Of a stretch of 64,000 bases of DNA, positions 27,278-38,575 are shown piece by piece. This DNA is from Candidatus Aldehydirespirator sp. (lineage in GTDB: Bacteria > Actinomycetota > Acidimicrobiia > Acidimicrobiales > Aldehydirespiratoraceae). The stretch spans positions 3,288,862 to 3,352,861 of the forward strand of contig OZ244872.1 of assembly GCA_965221215.1 (NCBI GenBank), given 5' to 3'. Below the pieces are notes generated by a model that saw only the letters and a program-made list of their open reading frames with translations, made no database searches and had not been told where the DNA came from. The translations under genes and the position numbers were made by a program. The number at the start of each line of letters is the position of its first letter. Within the stretch, counting starts at the first letter, position 1.

Positions 27278-27774
27278 GCAACAAGTGGTCTGAGGGGATC
27301 GAGCCTCGGGGCTTCCGATGGATCATCACCGACCGCTTCGGCGTGTGTGAGCGTCCCGGCGGCTACGGCGCGGGCCACCGGCGGGTGCGGCGCCTCGAGG
27401 AGATCATCTGGCTGAGCCGCAACGAGATCGGCCTGATCGTGAGCATCACGTCGATCCCCTACAACCTCCACGACTACGACGAGCACGGGCTGGCCTACGC
27501 CCACCTGCCCTTCTCCGATCCCAGCGACGGCCCGGAGCGCCTCGAAGAGATCCTCACCACCATCTCCGAACACGACCGGGTGGTGCTCCACCACGACTCG
27601 ATCGGCGATCGGGTGTCGGGGGTTGTGGCCGGCTACCTGCTGTGGTCCGGTCTGGTCGACGCCGGACCCGAGGCCATCACCATCGCCGAGCGACTCCTCG
27701 AACGCGAGCTCGGACCCCTGGCCCGCGAGCTCGTGTCGATGGCTCAACGGCTCAGACCCAGTGCAGATTCGTGA
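27274..27774 (+). CDS. dual-specificity-phosphatase-like protein lacking the catalytic Cys (likely pseudo-phosphatase)
   Basis: GTGA overlaps at both ends (with hpt and panC). VVLHHDSIGDRVSGVVAGYLL aligns with the DSP P-loop VHCxxGxxRS..AYLM, but with His at the Cys position. Confidence 0.55.
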   Translation: MSNKWSEGIEPRGFRWIITDRFGVCERPGGYGAGHRRVRRLEEIIWLSRNEIGLIVSITSIPYNLHDYDEHGLAYAHLPFSDPSDGPERLEEILTTISEHDRVVLHHDSIGDRVSGVVAGYLLWSGLVDAGPEAITIAERLLERELGPLARELVSMAQRLRPSADS

Positions 27775-28628
27775 GCACTCTGGTGCTGGAGGCCGCGATC
27801 GGCGGCCTGCGGAGCCGGCTTGCTGAGGCCCGGTCGGCCGGTGGCGCCGTCGGGTTCGTGCCGACCATGGGGTTCCTGCACGCCGGCCACCGCAGCTTGA
27901 TCGAGCGGGCCCGCGGCGAGAACGACGCGGTGGTGGTGTCGATCTTCGTCAACCCGCTGCAGTTCAATCCAGGGGAGGACTTCGACTCATATCCCCGCGA
28001 TCTCGAACGCGATCTCGAACTGTGCGCCACCGCCGGCGCCGACATCGTGTTCGCCCCCGACCGGAGCGAGATGTATCCCGAGCCGCCGGCCACCACAGTG
28101 CGCGTGGGCGCTCTCGCCGATGTGCTGTGCGGCGCCTCCCGTCCCGGTCACTTCGACGGGGTGGCCACGGTGGTGGCCAAGCTGCTCTCCATCGTGGGGG
28201 AGTGCTCGGCCTACTTCGGCGAGAAGGACTTCCAGCAACTCGCCATCATCGGCCGGATGGCGGCGGACCTGTCTCTGCCGGTGAGGGTGGTGGGCTGCCC
28301 CACCGTGCGCGAGCCCGACGGGCTGGCCCTGTCGAGCCGCAACGCCTACCTGAGCGACGCCGAGCGCAGCCAGGCGCCGGTGCTGCGGCGGGCTCTTCAG
28401 GCCGGAGCGGCCCTGGTGCAGTCGGGCGAGACCAGTGCGGCCGCGGTCGAGGCCGAGATGGCCGCAGCCATTGCCGCCGCGCCGCTGGCGCAGCTCGACT
28501 ACACCGCCGCGGTGCCGGCGTCCACCCTGATCGCGGAGGAACCATTGCAGGGCGAGGTGCGGCTGCTGGCCGCCGCCCGGTTCGGCCAGGCCCGCCTGAT
28601 CGACAACCTCGGTTGCCGCGCCGGCTGA
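27771..28628 (+). CDS. panC: pantoate--beta-alanine ligase
   Basis: Motifs VPTMGFLHAGHRSLI and VVSIFVNPLQFNP. Confidence 0.9.
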   Translation: MSTLVLEAAIGGLRSRLAEARSAGGAVGFVPTMGFLHAGHRSLIERARGENDAVVVSIFVNPLQFNPGEDFDSYPRDLERDLELCATAGADIVFAPDRSEMYPEPPATTVRVGALADVLCGASRPGHFDGVATVVAKLLSIVGECSAYFGEKDFQQLAIIGRMAADLSLPVRVVGCPTVREPDGLALSSRNAYLSDAERSQAPVLRRALQAGAALVQSGETSAAAVEAEMAAAIAAAPLAQLDYTAAVPASTLIAEEPLQGEVRLLAAARFGQARLIDNLGCRAG

Positions 28629-28784
28629 TCGGCCGCGGCCCCGGCTGATCCGTCGTAGACGGCCGCGGCTGTGCTGGCGGACTGCCCGCAACCGCTGGTC
28701 CGCCTCAGCGACGGCATCGGCTGCCGCGCCGGCTGACTCGCACTGCGGCCCCGGCTGATCCGCACTGCGGCCCCGGCTGATCCG
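28614..28784 (+). repeat. duplication of the panC 3' end plus a perfect 22-bp tandem repeat
   Basis: TGCCGCGCCGGCTGA..GCGGCCCCGGCTGATCCG at 28614-28652 recurs at 28722-28762. CACTGCGGCCCCGGCTGATCCG occurs at 28741-28762 and again at 28763-28784. Confidence 0.85.
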
Positions 28785-28799
28785 CCGTATCCTGCGGCG

Positions 28800-29597
28800 G
28801 TGCTGCTTGCTATCGACGTCGGCAACACGCAGACCGTCGTCGGCGCCTACGACCTCGGTGCGGTCCACGGCTCCGATCCCGCCGACGGTCTGATCGAGCA
28901 CTGGAGGCTCTCCACCGACCCGTTGCGCACCGCCGACGAACTCGGCGTCGTGATCAGATCGCTGCTCGGCATGATCGACCTCGACTTCGAGTCCGACATC
29001 GGTGGCGTGTCGATCTGCTCGGGCGTGCCCCGCCTTCTCGCCGGGCTGCGGGAGATGGTGCGCCGCCAGCTCGGATTCGCGCCGGTGGTGGTGGGGCCGG
29101 GGGTCAAGACCGGCATGCCGATCCACTACGACAACCCCAAGGAAGTGGGCGCCGACCGGATCGCCAACGCGGTGGCGGCCTACGACCTCTACGGCGGACC
29201 CACCGTGGTGGTGGACTTCGGCACCGGCAACAACTTCGACGTGATCTCCGCCGACGGCGCCTTCATGGGCGGCGCTATCGCGCCCGGCATCGAGATCAGC
29301 CTCGACGCGCTGGTGGGCCGGGCCGCGGCCCTCGGCGCGGTCGAGCTGACCGAGCCCCGCAGCGTGATCGGCAAGACCACGGTCGAGTCGATCCAGTCCG
29401 GCGCGCTGTACGGGTTCACCGCCATGATCGACGGCATGAACGCCCGTTTCCTGGCCGAGCTGGGCGAGGCCAACGTGGTGGCCACCGGCGGTCTGGCCCA
29501 TGTGATCGCCCCCATCTCGCAGACCATCGAGCACGTCGAGCCGTTCCTCACCCTGCACGGCCTCCGCATCGTCTACGAGCGCAACCAGGACCGATGA
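28800..29597 (+). CDS. coaX: type III pantothenate kinase
   Basis: MLLAIDVGNTQTVVG and VVVDFGTGNNFDV are CoaX motifs. Confidence 0.9.
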   Translation: MLLAIDVGNTQTVVGAYDLGAVHGSDPADGLIEHWRLSTDPLRTADELGVVIRSLLGMIDLDFESDIGGVSICSGVPRLLAGLREMVRRQLGFAPVVVGPGVKTGMPIHYDNPKEVGADRIANAVAAYDLYGGPTVVVDFGTGNNFDVISADGAFMGGAIAPGIEISLDALVGRAAALGAVELTEPRSVIGKTTVESIQSGALYGFTAMIDGMNARFLAELGEANVVATGGLAHVIAPISQTIEHVEPFLTLHGLRIVYERNQDR

Positions 29598-29691
29598 GCG
29601 GCGCAGAGCCCCGATCCGGCGACGGTCCGCCCCGCCCGATCCGCCGGCAGCCCGCTGAGCGGCCCGACCGGCCGAATCCGGATGCGGACCG

Positions 29692-31146
29692 ATGAGCGGC
29701 GACGCCCAGCCCGACTTGCCGCCTGGGACGGAGACTCGCGGCGACGTTCCGTACCGCTTCGAGCGCAGCCATTCCGCAGGCGAGGTAGTCGAGGCCTTCG
29801 CAGGGCTCGAGGCCGGCGTCGAGACCGACACGGTGGTGTCGGTGGCTGGGCGTCTCATGCTGCGCCGACACCAGGGCCGCCTCGCCTTCGGGACCCTCCA
29901 AGACGCCACCGGCCGCATCCAGCTGTTCGCCACTGCGGTGGCCACCCCGCGCTTCGAGCAGTTCACCGCCCTGTCGATCGGCGACTGGGTGGGCGTGAGG
30001 GGCGCGGTCATGGCCACCCGCCGGGGCGAGCTGTCGGTGCGGGTCGACGAATGGTCGGTGCTGGCCCGCGCCCGCCGCCCGTTCCCCGACAAGTGGCACG
30101 GCCTCACCGACCCCGACACCCGCTACCGGCAGCGCTACGTGGACCTGTGGGTGAGCGACGAGGCGAGGGCCGCGTTCGCCCGCCGATCCGAGATCGTGGC
30201 ATCGCTGCGCCGCCGCCTCGCCGAGCGGGGCTTCGTAGAGGTCGAGACCCCGATGCTGCACCCGATACCGGGTGGAGCGGCGGCCCGACCCTTCGTCACC
30301 CACCACGAGGCTCTTAGCGCGGACCTGTATCTGCGGATCGCCCCCGAGCTGTACCTCAAGCGGCTGGTGGTGGGGGGCATGGAGCGGGTGTACGAGATCG
30401 GCCGGGTGTTCCGCAACGAGGGCGTCTCCACCCGCCACAACCCCGAATTCACCATGCTGGAGCTGTACTGGGCCTACGCTGACCACGCCGACATCATGGA
30501 GCTGACCGAGAGCCTGGTGGCCGGCGTGGCCGCGGAGGTGTGCGGCTCCACCACGGTCGCCTACGACGGACGCGAGGTGGACCTGTCGACTCCGTGGCGC
30601 AGGGCCACCATGGAGGAGGTGATCGCCGAGCATGCCGGGATCGAGGCGAGCCTCGACTCGGGCCTGGCCGAGCTGAGGGCCTGCTGCGAGCGCCTCCAGA
30701 TCCTGGTCGAGGCCGGCTGGGGGCCGGGCAAGCTGCTGCTGGAGATCTATGAGAAGGCGGCCGAGCCCCAGCTCTGGGGTCCGGTGTTCGTGACCGACTA
30801 TCCGGCCGAGGTGTCGCCGTTGTCGCGGCGCCATCGCAGCCGGCCCGGCTACGCCGAGCGCTTCGAGGGGATCGTGGCCGGCCGGGAGCTGTGCAACGCC
30901 TTCACCGAACTGGTCGATCCCGACGAGCAGCGGTCCCGCTTCGAGGCCCAGGCCGAGCTGCGGGCCGCGGGCGACGACGAGGCCATGCTGGTCGACGAGG
31001 ACTATCTGCGGGCTCTGGAGTACGGGCTGCCCCCCACCGGCGGCCTCGGCATCGGCGTGGACCGCCTGGTGATGCTGCTCACCGACACCCAGGCCATCCG
31101 CGACGCGGTCCTGTTCCCCACCCTGCGCCCGCGCCAGCGGCTGTAA
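29692..31146 (+). CDS. lysS: lysine--tRNA ligase (class II)
   Basis: 484 aa. Motifs [21 protein letters not shown] and [13 protein letters not shown]. Confidence 0.95.
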   Translation: MSGDAQPDLPPGTETRGDVPYRFERSHSAGEVVEAFAGLEAGVETDTVVSVAGRLMLRRHQGRLAFGTLQDATGRIQLFATAVATPRFEQFTALSIGDWVGVRGAVMATRRGELSVRVDEWSVLARARRPFPDKWHGLTDPDTRYRQRYVDLWVSDEARAAFARRSEIVASLRRRLAERGFVEVETPMLHPIPGGAAARPFVTHHEALSADLYLRIAPELYLKRLVVGGMERVYEIGRVFRNEGVSTRHNPEFTMLELYWAYADHADIMELTESLVAGVAAEVCGSTTVAYDGREVDLSTPWRRATMEEVIAEHAGIEASLDSGLAELRACCERLQILVEAGWGPGKLLLEIYEKAAEPQLWGPVFVTDYPAEVSPLSRRHRSRPGYAERFEGIVAGRELCNAFTELVDPDEQRSRFEAQAELRAAGDDEAMLVDEDYLRALEYGLPPTGGLGIGVDRLVMLLTDTQAIRDAVLFPTLRPRQRL

Positions 31147-31155
31147 CCGCCGGCG

Positions 31156-32268
31156 CTAGCCGACAGTGAGGGTGGGGTTGTCGACCAGGCGGTCGGCGGC
31201 TAGGCGCAGCACCGCGGCGGCGGGTGTTTCGGGCAGCCGCGACAGTGCAGACTGGGCCCTGGCCGCCCACTGGCGGGCCGTGTCGCGGGCCTCGTCCACC
31301 CCGTTGGTGGACCGCACCAACTCGGCGGCGCGGTCGCGGGCCGAGCCGTCGATGGGCCGGCCCAGGATGGACCGCAGTTCGTCGCCGGCCACCGGATCGG
31401 CCAGCGCCCGGATGACCGGCAGCGTGTAGGTGCCCTCGGCCAAGTCGTTGCCGGCCGGCTTGCCCAGCTGCGACTCGGTGGCCACCAGATCCAAGATGTC
31501 GTCCACGATCTGGAAGGCCATGCCGTAGGCCAGGCCGAACTCTCCGAGCGCGCCGGCGGCATCGGTGGGCACTCCGCCGACCGCGGCTCCGATCCGGCAC
31601 GAGATCGACAGCAGCGACGCGGTCTTGCCCGACACGGCCCGCTCGTAGCGCTGCTCGCTGCGATCGATGTCGTAGGTGGCCTCGAGCTCGATGATCTGGC
31701 CCTCGCAGACCCCGGTGATGGCCTCGGCCAGCAGCACCGCCACCTCGGCGCCGAGCGAGGCTGCGATGGCCGAGGCCCGGCCCAGCAGGTAGTCGCCGGC
31801 CAGGATGGCCCGCAGATTGCCCCATTGAGCGTTGACACTGGCCACCGAGCGGCGGGTGATGGCATCGTCCATCACGTCGTCGTGGTAGAGCGAGCCGACG
31901 TGGATCAACTCGACCGAGGCCCCGCCCCGCACCGCGTCGTCCGACGACCTGGTAGGGGCCGCCTCGCAAACCAGCGCGGAGGACAGACAGAAGCCGGGCC
32001 GGACCAGCTTGCCGCCCGCGGTGACCAAGTGGCGGACCAGTTCGGTGACGAATCGGTCACCGGTGGAAGCCTGCCGCAGCAGCTCCTCCTCCACTCGCCT
32101 GAGATCGTCGGCGAGGCACGGCAGCAGCGCGAAGGGGGAGGCGTGGTCCACGCCGCGAGGGTAATGGGCGCCCCGCCGGGAGTGTCTGCCGACAGCCGCC
32201 ACATGCTCCGCCGCGATGTGGCGTTGGCCCCGTCGGCCGGGCCGCACTCGGCGTTTGCCGGCAGTCAA
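31156..32268 (-). CDS. polyprenyl diphosphate synthase (trans-IPPS)
   Basis: First and second Asp-rich motifs LYHDDVMDD and FQIVDDILD. The true start is probably downstream of 32268. Confidence 0.85.
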   Translation of the reverse strand: MTAGKRRVRPGRRGQRHIAAEHVAAVGRHSRRGAHYPRGVDHASPFALLPCLADDLRRVEEELLRQASTGDRFVTELVRHLVTAGGKLVRPGFCLSSALVCEAAPTRSSDDAVRGGASVELIHVGSLYHDDVMDDAITRRSVASVNAQWGNLRAILAGDYLLGRASAIAASLGAEVAVLLAEAITGVCEGQIIELEATYDIDRSEQRYERAVSGKTASLLSISCRIGAAVGGVPTDAAGALGEFGLAYGMAFQIVDDILDLVATESQLGKPAGNDLAEGTYTLPVIRALADPVAGDELRSILGRPIDGSARDRAAELVRSTNGVDEARDTARQWAARAQSALSRLPETPAAAVLRLAADRLVDNPTLTVG

Positions 32269-32358
32269 GTGTCACATGCCGGGGCGCGACTCATGTCGCG
32301 GCGCGGGGTTACACTCTGGCCGAGCGAAGGCAGCCCGCCTGGCCGGGAGGTGTATGCG

Positions 32359-34884
<2,526 letters not shown>

Positions 34885-34915
34885 GCGCCCCCTCCTTCGG
34901 GGGCGACTGACGGCC

Positions 34916-36520
34916 ATGGCTGCTCAGCGCCGGGCCAGGCGGCTGCCACAGCGCAGGCGCGCCAGGCTGGGTTGCGGGATAGGCGTTCGGCGCGCCGCGG
35001 CTGTTCTTCGCGCGGTGGTGCTGGCCGTGGGGCTGGCGCTGCTGATGGCGGCTTGCCGGGTGGACACGGCGGTGCATGTGGACGTCGAGGAGGCCGGCTC
35101 GGGCACGGTGACGGTGGTGTTCAACGCCGACGCGGTGGCGGTGGGCCGGGTGCCGGAACTGGCCGGGGGGCTGCGCCTCGATGATGCTCGGGCTGCGGGC
35201 TGGGCGGTGGAGGGTCCGCTGTTCCGCGCCGACGGCGGTGTGCAGATCCGAGCGGTCAAGCGGTTCGAGTCGGCCGGGCAGCTGCCGCAGGTCCTCGAGG
35301 AGCTGGCCGGCCCCGATGTGATCTTCACCGATGTGGTGCTCGAGCAGACGCGCTCCTTTGCTGAAACCTCCTACCGCTTCAGCGCCCGCATCGATCCGGC
35401 CCCGCCGCTGGACGCCTTCAGCGACGGCGCCCTGGCCCAGATCTTCGAGGGCCAGCCCTTCGGGCGCCCGTTGGCGGAGTTGATCGCGGAGGCCGGAGCC
35501 CCCACCGATTCGCTGGGCTTCGAGTTCCTGCTGACGCTGCTCGACTCCGACGGGGCCTTCAGCGCCTCCTCGTCCGGCCTCGACGCAGCAGGCGATCCCG
35601 CCGGTGGGGCCGCGGCGCCCGCGGTCGACGGCTCCACCGCGGCGTGGCGGTTCCCCTACGGCGACCAGCCCGTGGTGGTCGGCGCCTCCACCCTGGTCGA
35701 GGACACGGTGGCCCCGCTGTGGCTCAACATCGCCCGGGTGGCCGGCCTCGCCTTCGGTGCAGTGCTGCTGGGGGTGATTGTGGCCAGGGTGGTGGTGCTG
35801 GTGCGCACCCCCAAGGGGCGGGGCCGCCGGGCCACCCGCCGCCGCCAGCAGCGGGCCGCGGCCCGCGAGGCCGAGGCCAGCCGTCCCCGCAAGCGGCTGT
35901 TGAGGCTGCTGGTGGTGGACGTGCACGGGGTGATCGTGCGCCCCACCGACCCGCGGGGCGGCCTGCTGCTGCCGGTGATCCTGAGCGAGAACCCCGACCT
36001 CGACCCGGAGCTGATCCGCGACCGGCACCGCATGCTGGTGCTGGGCCGCCTCACCGCCGAGGAGTTCTGGAGCGATCTCGGGCTCGGGCCTATCGGCCGG
36101 CAGGTGGAGACCCGCTACCTGTCGTCGTTCAAGCTGGTGCCGGGCCTGCACCCGTTCCTCGACCGGGTGGCCAGCCGGGGCCTGCCGGTGGCCGCCATCG
36201 GCAACCAGCCCCGAGAATGGGGTCAGCGCCTGCGGCGCATGGCCCAATTGGAGGACTCGGTGTCGTCGTGGCTGGTCAGCGGCGAGGTGGGCGCGGTGCT
36301 GCCCGAGCGCCCGCTGTTCGAGGCGACCCGCCGGGTGATGTCGGTGGACCTCTACGACTGCCTCTACCTGTCGAGCGTGCCCGAGTATCTAGACGCCGCC
36401 TCCGACATGGGAATGGCCACCGGCTACTTCGCGGCCAGCCCCGAAGACGTCCAAGAGACCGAGCACACCCTCATCCGAGGCTTCGACGACATTCTCAAAG
36501 GTCGCTCCCCCACCCCCTGA
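34916..36520 (+). CDS. putative lipoprotein (LppM/DUF3153-like ectodomain) fused via a TM segment to a HAD-like hydrolase domain
   Basis: Lipobox-like LLMAAC. Internal TM LAFGAVLLGVIVARVVVLV. HAD motif I-like LLVVDVHGVIV. The C-terminal half has HAD-like organisation. Confidence 0.6.
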   Translation: MAAQRRARRLPQRRRARLGCGIGVRRAAAVLRAVVLAVGLALLMAACRVDTAVHVDVEEAGSGTVTVVFNADAVAVGRVPELAGGLRLDDARAAGWAVEGPLFRADGGVQIRAVKRFESAGQLPQVLEELAGPDVIFTDVVLEQTRSFAETSYRFSARIDPAPPLDAFSDGALAQIFEGQPFGRPLAELIAEAGAPTDSLGFEFLLTLLDSDGAFSASSSGLDAAGDPAGGAAAPAVDGSTAAWRFPYGDQPVVVGASTLVEDTVAPLWLNIARVAGLAFGAVLLGVIVARVVVLVRTPKGRGRRATRRRQQRAAAREAEASRPRKRLLRLLVVDVHGVIVRPTDPRGGLLLPVILSENPDLDPELIRDRHRMLVLGRLTAEEFWSDLGLGPIGRQVETRYLSSFKLVPGLHPFLDRVASRGLPVAAIGNQPREWGQRLRRMAQLEDSVSSWLVSGEVGAVLPERPLFEATRRVMSVDLYDCLYLSSVPEYLDAASDMGMATGYFAASPEDVQETEHTLIRGFDDILKGRSPTP

Positions 36521-36547
36521 CCCGTCCCGCAGGCAGCCGAAGCATAA

Positions 36548-36631
36548 GCCCGCCGGGTCCCGGCCTCACCCGTATGGGCCGGTTTCGCTCGCCTATTCGC
36601 TCGGCCTCTAGGCCCGCCGGGTCCCGGCCTC
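36548..36631 (+). repeat. repeat copy B: 44-nt core flanked by perfect 20-bp direct repeats
   Basis: GCCCGCCGGGTCCCGGCCTC at 36548-36567 and 36612-36631. Core ACCCGTATGGGCCGGTTTCGCTCGCCTATTCGCTCGGCCTCTAG. It lies between convergent gene ends. Confidence 0.85.
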
Positions 36632-37396
36632 TCAGCCGGCGGTGTCAGTGAAGCGGTCTCGGACGTGGCCGTACTGCTCGCCGCCGTCGACGGTCAGGCA
36701 GGCGCCGGTCGCCGCCTCGGCCTTGAGGAGGTAGCGCACCGCCCGCCCAGCCTCGGCGCCGCCGCTCCAGCGGCCCAGCAGCGTGCGGTGGCGCAGTCTC
36801 TCAACCTGTTCGGGCCCGAACTTGGCGGGCTGGATGGTCGGGCCGAGCGCCACCGCGTTGCAGCGCACCGTTGGGGCCAACTCCACCGCCAACTGGCGGG
36901 TGAGGGCGAGCAGGGCGGCCTTGGCCACGCTGTGGGCGCCTCGGCCGGGCCAGGGCTGCCAAGCAGACAGGTCGACGATGTTCACGATCGCTCCGCCGCC
37001 CCGGTCGAGCATCGACGGAGCGACCGCGTTGCAAAGGTGGAACGGCCCGTGGACCACCACGTCGAAGGTCTGGTACCAGACGCCGGTGTCGTCGCAGGGA
37101 AACTCGTCTCGCGCGAACCACGACGCGCTGTTGACCAGGGCATCGATGGGTCCGAGCCGGCCAGCGACGGCTTCGGCCAACTCCGAGGCCTCGGCGGGGT
37201 CGGCCAGGTCGGCGCGGAACGCGTCGGCCTCAACACCGCAGCGCTTCAGCTCCTCCACCGTCTCGGCTGCTTCGGCTGCGGACCGGTGGTAGGCGACGGC
37301 CACGCTGGCGCCGGCGGCGCCCAGCGTAAGCGCGATGGCTCGCCCCACTCGATGGGCGCCGCCGGTCACCAGGGCAACCCGTCCCGCCAATTCCAC
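36632..37396 (-). CDS. SDR-family oxidoreductase
   Basis: Rossmann motif VALVTGGAHRVGRAI. Catalytic-region pattern SVAKAALLALTRQLA, with Ser (S146) at the expected catalytic Tyr position. Confidence 0.85.
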   Translation of the reverse strand: MELAGRVALVTGGAHRVGRAIALTLGAAGASVAVAYHRSAAEAAETVEELKRCGVEADAFRADLADPAEASELAEAVAGRLGPIDALVNSASWFARDEFPCDDTGVWYQTFDVVVHGPFHLCNAVAPSMLDRGGGAIVNIVDLSAWQPWPGRGAHSVAKAALLALTRQLAVELAPTVRCNAVALGPTIQPAKFGPEQVERLRHRTLLGRWSGGAEAGRAVRYLLKAEAATGACLTVDGGEQYGHVRDRFTDTAG

Positions 37397-37463
37397 TCGT
37401 CGCCCCCGATCCGCCCGGCGTCTAGCCGCGAGCGTAGAGTCCGTCGCGTTGAAGCGCTGTATT

Positions 37464-37558
37464 CCCGGTCTCGTTCACTGCACTAACGAGCCGCCCAAAC
37501 CACAGTCCACGGCCTGCCCTGTATGGGCCGAACGCACTCGCCTATTCGCTCGGCCTCT
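37464..37558 (+). repeat. repeat copy C (about 95 nt) upstream of the second LLM oxidoreductase
   Basis: CACAGTCCACGGCCTGCCCTGTATGGGCCGAACGCACTCGCCTATTCGCTCGGCCTCT (37501-37558) plus upstream TCCCGGTCTCGTTCAC...GCCGCCCAAAC aligns with copy A. Confidence 0.75.
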
Positions 37559-37588
37559 ATTGTCGGTGCCGTGGTGGAGTTGGCTTGC

Positions 37589-38548
37589 ATGGTTATGCCC
37601 GAGGGGCCGGTCGGGCAGGTGGTTGAGGCGGCGGCGGCGGCCGAGAGGCTCGGGTGCCGCCGGGTCTGGATCCCCGACGAGGGGCTGGCCGCCCGGGAGT
37701 GCTGGGTGACGCTGGGCGCGGCGGCGGCGGCCACCAACTCGGTGGAGTTGGGCACCGGCATCACCAACGCCTATACCCGCCATCCGGGCATGACCGCCGC
37801 GGCGGTGGCCACCCTGGACGAGGCCTCGGGCGGTCGGGCCGCGCTGGGCATCGGCGCGGGCGGGGCCCTCACCCTCACCTCGCTGGCCATCGAGCGCCGA
37901 TCGCCGATCGCGGCCATGCGCGAGCTGGCCACCACCAGCCGGGCGCTGTGGTCGGGCCGGGTCGTCGATCACGACGGGGTGGCGGGCGGGTTCCGCGGGG
38001 CACGCCTCGGCTACGGCCGGCCCGACATTCCGGTGTGGCTGGCCGGGCGGGGTCCCAGGGTCATGGCGCTGGCGGGGGAGTTGGCCGACGGCTTCATCAT
38101 GTCGTTCGTCCACAAGGAGCTGATCGGCGACCATGTTGCTGCCATCCGCAGCGCCGCCGACGAGCACGACCGCCGGTACCCCAGGCTGTGCTACATGACC
38201 ATCCTGGCTATCACCGAGCAGGACCGGGAGAGCGCCCGGGCCGCGCTCACCTTCCGCCTGGTCGATTCCCCCGAGGAGGTGAAGGCCCGCATCGGCCTGG
38301 ACACCCGAGCCGAGGCCTCCATCCGCCAAGCTCTCTCCGAGGGCGGCCCCGCAGCCGCGGCCCGATTCGTGCGCGACGACTGGGTCGAAGCCTTCGTGAT
38401 ATGCGGAACGCCAGCCGAGTGCCGCGCCGAGTTGGCCGCGCTGGTGGCGGCCAACGGCATCGACGAGTTCCAGGTATCGATCAACAACCTCCAAACCGCA
38501 GCCCAAGACCTGGTCCAAGCCGCCGAGATAGTCGCCCCGCAGAACTGA
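37589..38548 (+). CDS. LLM-class F420-dependent oxidoreductase (paralog of 4242-5225)
   Basis: Motifs LGTGITNAYTRHPG and ALGIGAGGA. The start is ATG 37589; GTG 37571 is also possible. Confidence 0.8.
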   Translation: MVMPEGPVGQVVEAAAAAERLGCRRVWIPDEGLAARECWVTLGAAAAATNSVELGTGITNAYTRHPGMTAAAVATLDEASGGRAALGIGAGGALTLTSLAIERRSPIAAMRELATTSRALWSGRVVDHDGVAGGFRGARLGYGRPDIPVWLAGRGPRVMALAGELADGFIMSFVHKELIGDHVAAIRSAADEHDRRYPRLCYMTILAITEQDRESARAALTFRLVDSPEEVKARIGLDTRAEASIRQALSEGGPAAAARFVRDDWVEAFVICGTPAECRAELAALVAANGIDEFQVSINNLQTAAQDLVQAAEIVAPQN

Positions 38549-38575
38549 ATCAACTCCTCGTACCCGGGCTGGCCC

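Noticed and set aside
28614-28784. Possible CRISPR array (direct repeats in the panC-coaX spacer)
   Set aside because: There are only 2-3 copies of 18-22 bp units with no regular unique spacers. The first copy is part of the panC coding sequence. No cas genes are present in the window.
31825-32358. N-terminal 178-codon extension of the clpC track ORF (and similar extensions for tmk, mnhC, mnhF, tilS, panC, the CpaB-like gene and the lipoprotein)
   Set aside because: Conserved N-termini (for example [11 protein letters not shown] for ClpC), RBSs and start/stop overlaps indicate internal start codons. The extensions overlap neighbouring genes or promoters.
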